Shown here: in pieces, positions 12,724-24,540 of the stretch
Position numbering within the stretch: position 1 is the first letter of the stretch
Layout of the letters: each line of letters starts with the position of its first letter
From: Octopus sinensis
Lineage: Eukaryota
Length of the DNA stretch: 64,000 bases
Assembly (NCBI RefSeq): GCF_006345805.1
Contig: NC_043010.1
Span: forward strand, 13,764,001-13,828,000
Direction of reading: 5' to 3'
Position numbers and translations under genes: made by a program
The notes under the pieces: model-generated
What the model was told of the DNA's origin: nothing
The model's input: the letters and a program-made list of their open reading frames with translations, nothing else
Databases searched by the model: none

Positions 12724-13389
12724 GAATCAATCAGCTTACTAAAAGATTGTTTTTTTTTTGTTTTTTCTTTTTTTTTTTTTTGTCAATTCCTCTTTAGCTT
12801 TTCATTGCGAAAGCAAAAAGAAAAAAACATTTTTCTATGAATTATTTTTATATCAAACAAACAATTAATTAACACACCTCCCCACACCCCTACTTTTTTT
12901 CTTTTTTTTTTCTGTGAATTCGGCATGATTCCTATTATCAATCATATCCAGACTATTTCTATTTTTCTGATTCTATTTGGAGTTTTTCCTTCAGCTCTGA
13001 GACAATGCCATTTTGCTTGGATTTTTAAGTAACTGACTCAAAAAACCAATGACAAAATTAAAAAGGGGAATGAGGCAGGACACCTGGCATATTGCTACCT
13101 GTATCCAGCTGTCACCAATAACAGTTCAATTTCTTTTGCTATTTGTGAATTTCTATGATGTTATCACCTGTTATATAGTCACCATTTATAATTATTATTA
13201 TTATTATTACTACTACTATTATTATGATTATTATTATTATTATTACTATAATGTTTAATCAAGCCAAATATGAAAGTTTTTTTTTTTCTTTTTTGTTTTG
13301 TTCTTGTTTCTTCAAATGAAATTTTTAAAAGATATTTGTAAAACCACAAATCCAGACATTTATTAGAAGAGTTTATAAAATAGACTTAA

Positions 13390-13598
13390 CCCTTTAGTGT
13401 TCAGATTATTCTATCAAGCATAATGCCTATTGATTCCCATTGATTTGAATTAATCATGCATTATCTCATATCTTCAAGATCTTGATGGTGTAATTACTTC
13501 ATGTAGAATAACATTGTAGGGTAGGTGCGAGGGCCTGGATCTTGTCAGTTTGAACATAAAACAGATTAAATATTTTGGCTGGTTTAAATACTAAAGGG
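13390..13598. mobile_element. piggyBac-like MITE in the ZNF 3' region
   Basis: TTAA|CCCTTTAGT...ACTAAAGGG|TTAA; related partial copy at about 16505-16670. Confidence 0.7.
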
Positions 13599-14066
13599 TT
13601 AAAATCAAATTATGCACTGAAATTTTATAAATTTTAAATTAGTCCCAGTTTTCTTCTACGTTTTAAATGTTATCCATTGAAAGACTTTCTTTCAACAAAG
13701 GATCTCTGGATATTATATTTCATCCTCTCTCCATTAATCATTCGTCTTTTTTTTTTTTTTTTAATAAGAAAGTTTAAAGGAAATATACTAAGACTACCCT
13801 ACCCTAATATGATAAACACTTTAAAAAAATATTGTTAGATTTCAGCTGCTGCAGATGTTTTGGGTGTTTACCGAAAATGTTACCTGTGTAGTTCTTTGAT
13901 CATGACTGAAGAAATGTTTTGTATTACAATCATAAAAAATAACCATTTGTTTTGGAGTTTAGATTTTATGTCTTTATTCATTTTCCTTTATATCCCTTTT
14001 TTCCATGTTAGCATGGCTTAGATGAGTACAAATTATCGAGGGTTGTTTTTTGTTTTTTTTTCTTGA

Positions 14067-14432
14067 TTAGCACTATGACCCAGCGTTGCCGGGTCATGGT
14101 GCTAGTGCATGCATATACAGCTGCGTTTGTGCGCACATACACGTGAGTACTGTCCAAATCTCTGACCAATCACATACAGCTAGCTGGCATTCAATTGGTG
14201 TATCAAGTTTCGGGCATTTTGATTGGGTTTTGGATAGAAAATTCACAAAAAAGTCATTTCTATTGATTTTTTAATGGCTTTGCGGGGTGACTGGGGAAAT
14301 GTAAAGATGTGCACGACCTCCCTTGGACGGTTTTGAATGACCATAGAAAGTGCGAGCCCTCTAACTGAAAAATTGTGGATTTGTATAAAGGACACACACA
14401 CAGACAGACATTTTGCCGTTTATATATAGAGA
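14067..14432 (-). mobile_element. Non-autonomous Helitron with intact 3' hairpin
   Basis: 3' palindrome CTAGCACCATGACCCGGC-AAC-GCTGGGTCATAGTGCTAA; TC 5' end. Confidence 0.78.
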
Positions 14433-14608
14433 GAAGATGTCTTCAAAAGCAGAGAGACTGTTTGTTAATTGGGAATTGTCAGCAAAGACCACCATTTGTA
14501 GCTCAAGGCCTTTTTTTTTTCATATGAATGTCAAAGTGCAGAATGTAAACATTCTCAGATACACCCACGTTGCACACGTATATACATACATATACTCATA
14601 TATATGGT

Positions 14609-15018
14609 TACTCTCTTTTACTCTTTTACTTGTTTCAGTCATTTGACTGCGGCCATGCTGGAGCACCGCCTTTAATCGAGCAACTCAACCCCGGGACTTA
14701 TTCTTTTGTAAGCCCAGTATTTATTCTATCGGTCTCTTTTTGCCGAACCGCTAAGTAACGGGGACATAAACACACCAGCATCGGTTGTCAAGCAATGCTA
14801 GGGGGACAAACACAGACACACAAACACACACACACGCACATATATACATATATACGACGGGCTTCTTTCAGTTTCCGTCTACCAAATCCACTCACAAGGC
14901 ATTGGTCGGCCTGAGGCTATAGTAGAAGACACTTGCCCAAGGTGCCACGCAGTGGGACTGAACCCGGAACCATGTGGTTGGTAAGCAAGCTACTTACCAC
15001 ACTGCCACTCCTGTGCCT
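14609..15018 (-). mobile_element. SINE-A, full length
   Basis: Homology to the other SINE-A copies. Confidence 0.85.
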
Positions 15019-15790
15019 ATATGTTTATATACATATTTTTATTGGTTAGCTCAGTCTTTTGCTACTCTGAGTTTTGCCTGTGAGTCCACTTGGTTGTAAC
15101 TTGCTTCATGACCCTGCACACCCACAAACAAAACTCTAAATAGTAAGAGACTAGCTCGACCAAAAATAGAATTATAATTAATCTTTACTTGTGAAGGTGC
15201 ATGGCTCAGTGGTTAGAGCGGCGAGCTTATGATCGTGAGGTTGTGGGTTCAATTCTTGGTGGTGTGTTTAGCAGTTTGGCAAAAGAGTCTGATAGAATAA
15301 GTATTAGGCTTACAAAGAATAAGTCCTGGGGTCGATTTGCTCTACTAAAGGCGGTGCTCCAGCATGGCCACAGTCAAATGACTGAAACAAGTAAAAGAGA
15401 AAGTATGTTTTTGGAGTTCATCCGAAGCTGTCTGTCCTCCATATCCTCACCTTCTTCATCAAACAACTCTCTTCTATCTTTCAGTGGATAATCAAATCAA
15501 TATGACTCCAAATAGATTTAATCAAGCAATGCATTTTAACACCTTTAGAATTCAGGTTATTCTGTTAAATGTAATGCTTATTTATATATTCACAGGAGTG
15601 GCTGTGTGGTAAGTAGCTTGCTTACCAACCACATGGTTCCAGGTTCAGTCCCATTGTGTGGCACCTTGGGAAAGAGCCTTCTACTATAGCCTTGGGCTGA
15701 TCAAAGCCTTGTGAGTGGATTTGGTACACGGAAACTGAAAGAAGCCCATTGTATATATGTATATATACTTTATTTAAAAGCAGCAGAAAT

Positions 15791-15847
15791 TTAACAAAAG
15801 CTGTTACTCGGAGTTTCACGTTCCCGTTCGTTGGACAGTTTTGTTAA
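15791..15847 (-). ncRNA. Second, probably decayed, hammerhead-like motif
   Basis: Reverse complement TTAACAAAACTGT-CCAACGA-ACG-GGAA-CGT-GAAAC-TCCGA-GTA-ACAGCTTTTGTTAA; 13-bp stem I with one bulge; G5 mutated to A. Confidence 0.55.
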
Positions 15848-15970
15848 AATAGAACCGAGATGGTTGTCACCTCCACTCAGGCCTACCCAGTTCACTCATT
15901 TTTCCACCTCTTGTCACCCATATTGTGTCTAAAGCTTCATATGTGTTTACTCTGGTATATATATATAAGC

Positions 15971-16291
15971 CAGCGCCGTCCTGACTGCCCTCCGTGCCGG
16001 TGGCACATAAAAAGCACCATCCGACTGTGGCCATTGCCAGCTTCGTCTGGTCTCCATGCCAGTGGCACATAAAAAGCACCATCCGATCGTGGCCGTTTGC
16101 CAACTTCGTATGGCATGTAAAAAGCACCCACTACACTCACGGAGTGGTTGGCGTTAGGAAGGGCATCCAGCCATAGAAACATTGCCAGATCAGACTGGAG
16201 CCTGGTGCAGCCTTCTGGCTTCCCAGACCCCAGTTGAACCGTCCAACCCATGCTAGCATGGAAAGCGGACGTTAAACGATGATGATGATGA
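15971..16291 (+). mobile_element. RTE 3' UTR fragment with (GAT)n tail
   Basis: Homologous to 19326-19700; internal GCACATAAAAAGCACCATCCGA repeats. Confidence 0.75.
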
Positions 16292-16742
16292 TATGTATGT
16301 ATGTGTTTGTCCCTCCCAACATCAACTGATGCTGGTGTGTTTACATCCCCATAACTTAGCGGTTCGGCAAAAGAGATTAAAAGAATAAGTACTAGGCTTA
16401 CAAAGAATAAACCAACCCTGGGGTCGATTTGCTTGACTAAAGGTGGTGCTCCAGCATGGCCACTGTCAAAATGACTGAAACAAGTAAAAGAATTAAAGAA
16501 TTGTTTTTGAATTAATCATGCATTGTGTTGTATCTTCAAGATTTCACTGATGAGATTGTTTATGTTTGCAACAACATTGTAGGGTTGGTGTAAGAGGCCT
16601 GATCCGGCCAGTTTCTGTGTAAAACAGAATATTTTGGCCAGATACGGTCAGTTTGAATGCTGAAGAGTTAAAGACTTGCCAGAATATACATATACACCCA
16701 ACTGTTACTAAATCTTTATAATATTCAAGTGAAACTGACAAT

Positions 16743-17127
16743 GGGCGCAGGAGTGGCTGTGTGGTAAGTAGCTTGCTTGCCAACCACATTGTTCCAGGTT
16801 CAGTTCCACTGCGTGGCACCTTGGTCAAGTGTTTTCTACTATAGCCTCGGGCCGACCAAAGCCTTGTGAGTGGATTTGGTAGACGGAAACTGAAAAAAGC
16901 CCGTCGTATATATGTGTTTGTATGTCTGTGTTTGTCGCCCCCAACATCGCTTGACAATTGATGCTGGTGTGTTTACATTCCTGTAACTTAGCAGTTTGGC
17001 AAAAGAGACTGATAGAATAAGTACTAGGCTTATAAAGAATAAGTCCTGGGGCGATTTGTTCGACTAAAGGCAGTGCTTCTGCATGGCCACAGTCAAATGA
17101 CTGAAACAAGTAAAAGAGTAAAGAGTA
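16743..17127 (+). mobile_element. SINE-A
   Basis: Full-length homology. Confidence 0.85.
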
Positions 17128-17169
17128 ATGGGACACGTCAGCATCTGTGACAGCATTGCTGCTATGTGT

Positions 17170-17459
17170 GTGGAGACACATGGCCTAGTGGTTAGAGCAG
17201 CGGTCGAGGGATCGCGTGTTCGAATCTCAGACCGGATGATGTGTGTGTTTATGAGCAAAACACCTAAGCTCCAGCAGAAGGTAATGGCGAAACTTCTGCT
17301 GACTCTTTCGCCACAACTTTCTCTCACTCTTTCCTCCTACATCTTGCAGCTCACCTGTGACAGACCGGCGTCCCGTCCAGGTGGGGAACTTATACGCCAA
17401 GAAACCGGGAAAACCGGCCCTTATGAGCCAGGCATGGCTCGAGAAGGAACAAACAACAA
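17170..17459 (+). mobile_element. SINE-C head with alternative tail 2
   Basis: Shares head and TTTCTCTCACTCTT, then diverges. Confidence 0.7.
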
Positions 17460-17780
17460 TTGCTGCTATGTACCCAAATGACAGACATAGAGCCCCTCTT
17501 CAACTCATTCCAATCTTTCACCAACAAATGTGCTGCCTTCTCACACCTTTTATGCCACCACTACTGCGACAGTGGTCCACTGCTCTTCATACCTGGCTGA
17601 TCTCATGCCACCTCCACTCAGGCCCACCCAGTTCACTCATATTTCCACCTCTTCTCACCCATATTGTGTCTAAAGCTTCATACTAACCACTTACCCATGG
17701 TTAGTCCACGTTACTCCATAAGGACCACAGGGCCAGTTTATCTGCCTTAATTATTCCTCTCTGGACAGGACGCCGGTCTC

Positions 17781-18198
17781 TCTTTACCCTTTACTCTTTT
17801 ACTTGTTTCAGTCATTTTGACTGCGGCCATGCTGGAGCACCGCCTTTAGTCGAACAAATCGACCCCGGGACTTATTCTTTGTAAGCCCAGTGCTTATTCT
17901 ATCGGTCTCTTTTGCCAAACCGCTAAGTGACGGGGACGTAAACACACCAGCATCGGTTGTCAAGCAATGCTAGGGGGACAAACACAGACACACAAACACA
18001 CATATACATATATATATATATATATATACATATATACGACAGGCTTCTTTCAGTTTCCGTCTAGCAAATCCACTCAAATTTTTCACTGGCTTGAGGCTAT
18101 AGTAGAAGACACTTGCCCAAGATGTCACGCAGTGGGACTGAACCCGGAACCATGTGGTTGGTTAGCAAGCTACTTACCACACAGCCACTCCTGTGCCT
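17781..18198 (-). mobile_element. SINE-A
   Basis: Full-length homology. Confidence 0.85.
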
Positions 18199-18505
18199 AG
18201 GATTACTCATTTTTACCAGCTGAGTGGACTGGAGTATTGTGCTCAAGAATGCAGCATATTGCTCAGTCCAGGAATCGAAATCACAAGCTTATGCTCACAT
18301 GTCCAACACCCTAACCTCTAAGCCATGCGACTCCGCATACCACTTACCCATCCTTTATCCAGAATTCACTCCCTGCCCTTGTTCTACTGAAGTGGCGTCA
18401 TTCTCTGTCACATCGCACTCTTGTCTGAGAAAGACAAATACGACATCGTTCTATTTAATTATGATCAGCAAACTGGAATGGTGGATTATTTCTTACTTGC
18501 TTTAG

Positions 18506-18907
18506 GCACAGGAGTGGCTGTGTGGTAAGTAGCTTGTTTACCAACCACATGGTTCCGGGTTCAGTCCCACTGCGTGGCACCTTGGGCAAGTGTCTTCTGC
18601 TATAGCCCTGGACCGACCAATGCCTTGTGAGTGGATTTGGTAGACGGAAACTGAAAGAAGCCTGTCGTATATATGTATATATATATATGTGTGTGTATGT
18701 GTTTGTGTGTCTGTGTTTGTCTCCCTAGCATTGTTTGACAATCGATGCTGGTGTGTTTACGTCCCCGTCACTTAGCGGTTCAGCAAAAGAGACCGATAGA
18801 ATAAGTACTGGGCTTACAAAGAATAAGTCCCGGGGTCGAGTTGCTCGATTAAAGGCGGTGCTCCAGCATGGCCGCAGTCAAATGACTGAAACAAGTAAAA
18901 GAGTAAA
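18506..18907 (+). mobile_element. SINE-A
   Basis: Full-length homology. Confidence 0.85.
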
Positions 18908-19325
18908 GGAGAGAGAGTTTAGTCACTTGAACAAATCAACTTTTTAAAATTTAATTTAATTTTTTTTTTTTGTATGCTTGGTATTCCATCAGTCTTGCTG
19001 AACCTGTAAGTTACAGTGACATAAACAAACCAGAGCTGGTTGTGAAGCAGCTGTGGGAGACAAACCTGAATACGCACACAGACCAGGTTTCCACACAGTT
19101 TTCATGTACCAAGTTCACTCAAGGCATAAGTCAGCCTGGGGACACTGACACAGTGTCTATCAGTGCATCTGGACATGGAACCACATGGTTGCAAAGTGAG
19201 CTACTTAAACACTTAGCTATTGCCTGGGCCTGTATTGTTTAATTGTATGAATTTAGAAGACTTAAAAAGACAGTAAAAAGAATATACCAAAACCATTTTC
19301 TTGGCATGTCTCTCAGACTGCCTGT

Positions 19326-20566
19326 CATCATCATCATCATCGTTTAACGTCCGCTTTCCATACTAGCATGGGTTGGACGATTTGACTGAGGACTGGCGAA
19401 CCAGATGGCTGCACCAGGCTCCAATCTTGATCTGGCAGAGTTTCTACAGCTGGATGACCTTCTTAATGCCAACCACTCTGAGAGTGTAGTGAGTGCTTTT
19501 TATGTGCCTCCGGCATGGGGGCCAGTCAGGCGGTACTGGCAACGACCTCACTCGAATTCTTTTACATGTGCCTCTGGCACAAGTGCCTCGAATTGTGCCT
19601 TTTATGTGCCACCGGCACAGAAGCCAGTTAGCTGCTCTGTCAACAATCATGCTCAGATGGTGCTCTTAGCGCCCCACTAGCACGGATGCCAGTCATCAAA
19701 TTTGATTTCGATTTCACTTGCCTCAACAGGTCTTCGCAAGCAGAGTCTAGTGTCCAAAGAAGGAAAGGTATGCATAAGTGGGCTGGTTACACCCCTGGCA
19801 TAGGTCACGAGGCTATGGTCTCATTTGGCTTGCCGGGTCTTCTCAAGCACAGCATATTTCCAGAAGTCTCAGTCACAAGTCATTGCCTCAGCGAGGCCTA
19901 ATGTTCGAAGGCCATGCACCACTTCATCCTGGGTCTACCTCTTCCACAGGTTCCCGCAACCGCTAAGGTGTGACACTTTTTCACACAGCTATCCTCATCC
20001 ATTCGCAACACATGACCATACCAGTGCAGTTGTCTCTCTTGCACACCACAACTGATGCTTCTTAGGTCCAACTTTTCTCTTAAGGTACTTACACTCTTTC
20101 GTATATGCACACTGACATTACACATCCATCGGAGCAAGCTGGCTTCATTCCTTGTGAGCTTATGCATGTCCTCAGCAGCCACAGCCCATGTTCCACTGCC
20201 ATGTAATATGGCTGTTCGTACACATGCATCATACAGTCTACCTTTTACTCTGAGCGAGAGTCCCTTTGTCACCAGCAGAAGTAAGAGCTCTCTGAACTTT
20301 GCCCAAGCTATTCTTATTCTAGCAGTTACACTTTCAGCGCACCCTCCCCCGCTACTGACTAGGTCACCTAGGTAACGGAAGCTATCAACTACTTCTAGTT
20401 TTTCTCCCTGGAATGTGGCGGAAGTTGTTCTCTGCACATCTTCAGTGTTTATTGCTCCTGAGCATTTGCCACACACAAAAACTATCTTCCCAGTTAGCCT
20501 TCCTTTGATATTGCTGCACCTCTTATGTGTCCATAGCTTACACAGGGTACATCTTACGATTTATGT
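19326..20566 (-). mobile_element. RTE-clade LINE 3' portion (RT C-terminus, 3' UTR, (GAT)n tail)
   Basis: LEVVDSFRYLG, ARIRIAWAKFREL, LHWYGHVLRM, GRGRPR motifs; tail GGAAAGCGGACGTTAAACGATGATGATG. Confidence 0.88.
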
Positions 20567-21143
20567 ATACAGTGGAAGCTGCTTATTGTAATCAGTTTGG
20601 GACTGATTACTTTTGATAACATTATATGTGATGGTACTTAAGTAGTTATCACTGTACAAGGATGAATGTATTTTCACAAGTAGCGTAAAATCCATGCATT
20701 GTTTATTGTGTTCAATATATACAAAAGTTCCACACCTTTAACTCTTTTGATACCTATTTCTTTACTACCCATAAGGGGCTAAACACAGAGGGGACAAACA
20801 AGGACAGACAGACGTATCAAGTCGATTACATCGACCCCAGTGCGTAACTGGTACTTAATTTGGAAATCAAGTGGATGGAAACAAACTTTCCAATCCCATG
20901 TCATGTTTCCAGCCCCATGTCATGTTTCACTCAGCACCATTAACTGTAGGCATATGGAAGAAATAGGTTCAATCCTGGGGAGAGTGCAGAGTATGGTTCT
21001 CAACAAAGTGGATGGAGAGTATAAATGGATATTAAAAAAAAAAAAGCAAAAGAAAACAAACAAACAAAAACAACTAACTACTCTGTGATCTAGCTGTTTG
21101 GAGTTATAGAATACTTTTTGGAGACTTTTTCATGTATTATTAA

Positions 21144-21513
21144 CCCTTTTGATATGATATTTCAGTTGAAAATACACTTGTTTTCATTTCTCCTAATTTG
21201 AATATTATGTAGTGTTTAGTGAAATAACTCCATTTTTAAGCTAGTGTTTGAAGCAACATAAAATTTTGATAGATTTTTATATAAATCACTTTAAGCTTTT
21301 AGCATTTAAATGAGCCATATCAGACCCAAATATTCTACCTGCTTTATATTCCAAACTAGCCAGACCCAGCTCCTCACAACTATCCTACAATGTCATTCTA
21401 AAAATATACAATCACATCATTGAAATCTCAAAGCTATGAGATAATGTGTGATTAATACAAAACAATGAATAAATAAGCATTACACATGACAGAGTAATCT
21501 GAATGCTAGAGGG
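21144..21513. mobile_element. piggyBac-like MITE
   Basis: TTAA|CCCT...AGGG|TTAA; right half related to the 13390 element. Confidence 0.55.
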
Positions 21514-21574
21514 TTAAAATAACAAGTTTCTATCATAGAACCAAGGGTGGCATCAGGTTGGTATCAAAAGAGTA

Positions 21575-21915
21575 TAAAGGCAGCGCACTGGCAGAAACGT
21601 TAGCACACCGGGCGAAATGCTTAGCGGTATTTCGTCTGCCGTTACGTTGTGAGTTCAAATTCCGCCGAGGTCGACTTTGCTCTTTCATCCTTTCGGGGTC
21701 GATTAAATAAGTACCAGTTACGCACTGGGATCGATATAATCGACTTAATCCGTGTGTCTGTCCTTGTTTGTCCTCTCTGTGTTTAGCCCCTTGTGGGCAG
21801 TAAAGAAATAGGTATTTTGTCTGCCGTTATGTTCTGAATTCGAATTCCGCCGAGGTCGACTTTGCCTTTCATCGTTTCGGGGTCGATTAATTAAGTACCA
21901 GTTACGCACTGGGGT
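21575..21915 (+). mobile_element. SINE-B, head plus about 1.5 units
   Basis: tRNA-like head TGGCAGAAACGTT...GAGTTCAAATTCC; junction AAAGAAATA|GGTAT at 21810. Confidence 0.8.
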
Positions 21916-22085
21916 CTTTTGCCAATGTAGATTATAACTGGTTATAATCAATAATTAGCTGTACTTCCTAGGTAATTAATATCTAATCAGAAGATAAAAG
22001 AAACAATGTTACCACAGAATATATATTGGTATAAAATGTGTTCAGAAATATTTCGTTAACAAATTATAAAAAAAAAAAAAAGTAC

Positions 22086-22178
22086 TGCCCCGGGTGAGGA
22101 TCGAACTCACGACCTTCAGATGGCTCTTTCTTTGCATTGATTATGAGACTGACGCGCTGCCTACTGCGCTACCGAGGC
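22086..22178 (-). tRNA. tRNA-Met(CAT), elongator type, with 20-nt intron (22122-22141)
   Basis: Reverse complement GCCTCGGTAGCGCAGTAGGCAGCGCGTCAGTCTCATA-[ATCAATGCAAAGAAAGAGCC]-ATCTGAAGGTCGTGAGTTCGATCCTCACCCGGGGCA; full cloverleaf, G1:C72, TTC T-loop, followed by GTAC and an oligo-T terminator. Confidence 0.93.
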
Positions 22179-22667
22179 GCTTAGAAAGCATTTGTTGTAG
22201 TATAAGTATTTGGTATTTATGCAATTATTTCAGCTATTAACCGACAATCAGGCTGTCGACGGCTTTCTTACTCAAGGGAGATAACTAAAATTTAGACCAA
22301 AAGAAAAGTTCTGGTGTCTGTTAATGTGATAGTCATGCCCTCTCCTCTGCGTAGCCAGGGTACATTACGTCTCTCCAGATTCCAAATTCAGATCCTAAAG
22401 GAATTGATTTTACTATTCTCCATTTAACGAAGAAAATGCAATAATTACGTAGACTCTTATTTACCACATTCATCACACGACGATGAAGACTTGGACGAGT
22501 CCCTTTCAAGGGGGAGAACTCTTTATTGCTTCGTTTTTGGATTTGGTTGGATTTGGTTTGCAAGATTCTTTATGTGAGTTCGTGTGTTGAAGTATATTCT
22601 GTTGTGTCTGGGGAGAGTCGTTCTCTTTTGGTGCCTTATAATTTAACACACTCACCGGTAAAATTTC

Positions 22668-23004
22668 CTTTAGTCGAGCAAATCGACCCCAGGACTTATT
22701 CTTTGTAAGCCCAGTACTTATTCTATCGGTCTCTTTTGCCGAACCGCTAAGTTACGGGGACGTAAACACACCAGCATCGGTTGTCAAGCAATGCTAGGGG
22801 GACAAACATACACACATATATATATATACATACATATATACGACGGGCTTCTTTCAGTTTCCGTCTACCAAATCCACTCACAAGGCTTTGGTCGGCCCGA
22901 GGCTATAGTAGAAGACACTTGCCCAAGATGCCACGCAGTGGGACTGAACCTGGAACCATGTGGTTGGTAAGCAAGCTACTTACCACACAGCCACTCCTGC
23001 GCCT
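22668..23004 (-). mobile_element. SINE-A lacking its 3' tail
   Basis: Homology; bracketed by 52-bp inverted repeats. Confidence 0.8.
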
Positions 23005-23210
23005 ATGTTAAATTATAAGACACCAAAAGAGAATGACTCTCCCCAGACACAACAGAACTCTTTATTGAATATGAATTATATTTGTATGAATCGCAATATC
23101 TGAAAACCTGAATTATTAAGGATTTCAAATACTAAATAAGAATTATTAATAGGGATTTCCTATCACTGAAGTGTTAATTCGTGGATTCCGTATTAAAAAA
23201 AAAAAAGTAC

Positions 23211-23303
23211 TGCCCCAGGTGAGGATCGAACTCACGACCTTCAGATGGCTCTTTCTTCGCATTGATTATGAGACTGACGCGCTGCCTACTGCGCTACCGA
23301 GGC
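23211..23303 (-). tRNA. tRNA-Met(CAT), elongator type, with 20-nt intron (copy 2)
   Basis: Near-identical to copy 1 (C67T giving G6:U67; one intron substitution); oligo-T terminator; about 85 bp of homologous upstream flank. Confidence 0.92.
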
Positions 23304-23934
23304 GCTTAGAAAGTATTCGTTCTAGTATGGTATTTATGTAATTATTTCAGCCTTTAACCGACAATCACACTGTCGACGGCTATCCATGCACACACATATA
23401 TGTACATATACACATTCATACTTGCTTGCACATAGACACACTGCTCTCTCTCACTCACATACATCCACACCCACACGTACAAGGTAGAAGAGGTAGTATA
23501 ATCAAAATGCTTTGCGATTTTGGCTAGTCGTGCTCAGTTCATATCCAGCCGACGTCAACTTTGTTTTTCAGCCATTCCGGTTCGATAAAATATAGTACCA
23601 GTCAAGCACTAGGGTCGAAGTAAGCGATTTTTTCCCCTCCCTTCAAAATCTGCCAGCCCTGTGCCACAATTTGAAGCCATTATACGTTCTGAGTTCAAAT
23701 TCCGCTTTGGCTGTCATCCTTTTAGGGTCGATAAAATAAGTACCAGTTGAGAACTGGGGCAAACGTAATTGACTTCCCTTCCCCTAAAATTGCTGGCCTT
23801 GTGCCAAAAATTGAAACCATTATTGTAATTATTATTATCATTATTATTATTTCGCCGAGGTCGACTTTGCCTTTCATCCTTTCGGGGTCGATGAATTAAG
23901 TACCAGTTGCGTACTGGGGTCGATCTAAACTGGT

Positions 23935-24290
23935 TGACAACGCGCAAACACGCGCCATCCTATCCAGGAGTATTCACGATGACCTCCAACTTATGCGCTA
24001 CATCATAGAGAGGGTGGGTAACTAAGCTGGCATGGGTGGGGCTCTGATCAATTTAGATCAATCTAAAGCCTTTGATAGGGTCGACCATCAATACTTGGCA
24101 GCTGTTCTCAAGGCAGCCGGTTTCGGTCCAGTTTTCCGCGGTTGGATTGCTGCTTTGTACAACGGCATCTACTCAGTTGTTCGGGTGAATGGTCACCTGT
24201 CGGAGCCATTCAGAATCTTGTGTTCGGTGCGTCAAGGTTGCCTTCTCTCCTCCCTTCTGTACGTACTGACCCTTGAGCCACTACTGCGGA
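23935..24290 (+). mobile_element. Tx1/L1-clade LINE ORF2 RT fragment (subfamily alpha, 5' part)
   Basis: Translation GGALINLDQSKAFDRVDHQYL...SVRQGCLLSSLLYVLTLEPLLRK; RT motifs; in-frame stop upstream. Confidence 0.85.
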
Positions 24291-24396
24291 AGTATCATAG
24301 CATGTGTATATGCATATGTATACACACATGCTATTATACAGACGACACTAACTGACATAGACATTTCGTTAACAATTTATATAAAAAAAAAAGTAC

Positions 24397-24489
24397 TGCC
24401 CCGGGTGAGGATCGAACTCACGACCTTCAGATGGCTCTTTCTTCGCATTGATTATGAGACTGACGCGCTGCCTACTGCGCTACCGAGGC
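24397..24489 (-). tRNA. tRNA-Met(CAT), elongator type, with 20-nt intron (copy 3, embedded in a LINE)
   Basis: Exons identical to copy 1, intron as copy 2; oligo-T terminator; about 50 bp of homologous upstream flank, then LINE sequence resumes. Confidence 0.92.
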
Positions 24490-24540
24490 GCTTAGGAAGT
24501 AGTTATTGTAGTATAGTATTTGGTATTTATGCAATTATTT

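Larger units (their letters stand above)
15591..16499 (+). mobile_element. SINE-A split at its (TA)n tract by about 525 bp of nested inserts
   Basis: 5' half 15591-15767, 3' half 16292-16499. Confidence 0.75.

Noticed and set aside
22086-22178. Initiator tRNA-Met assignment
   Set aside because: G1:C72 and a TTC T-loop indicate elongator, not the A1:U72 initiator type.
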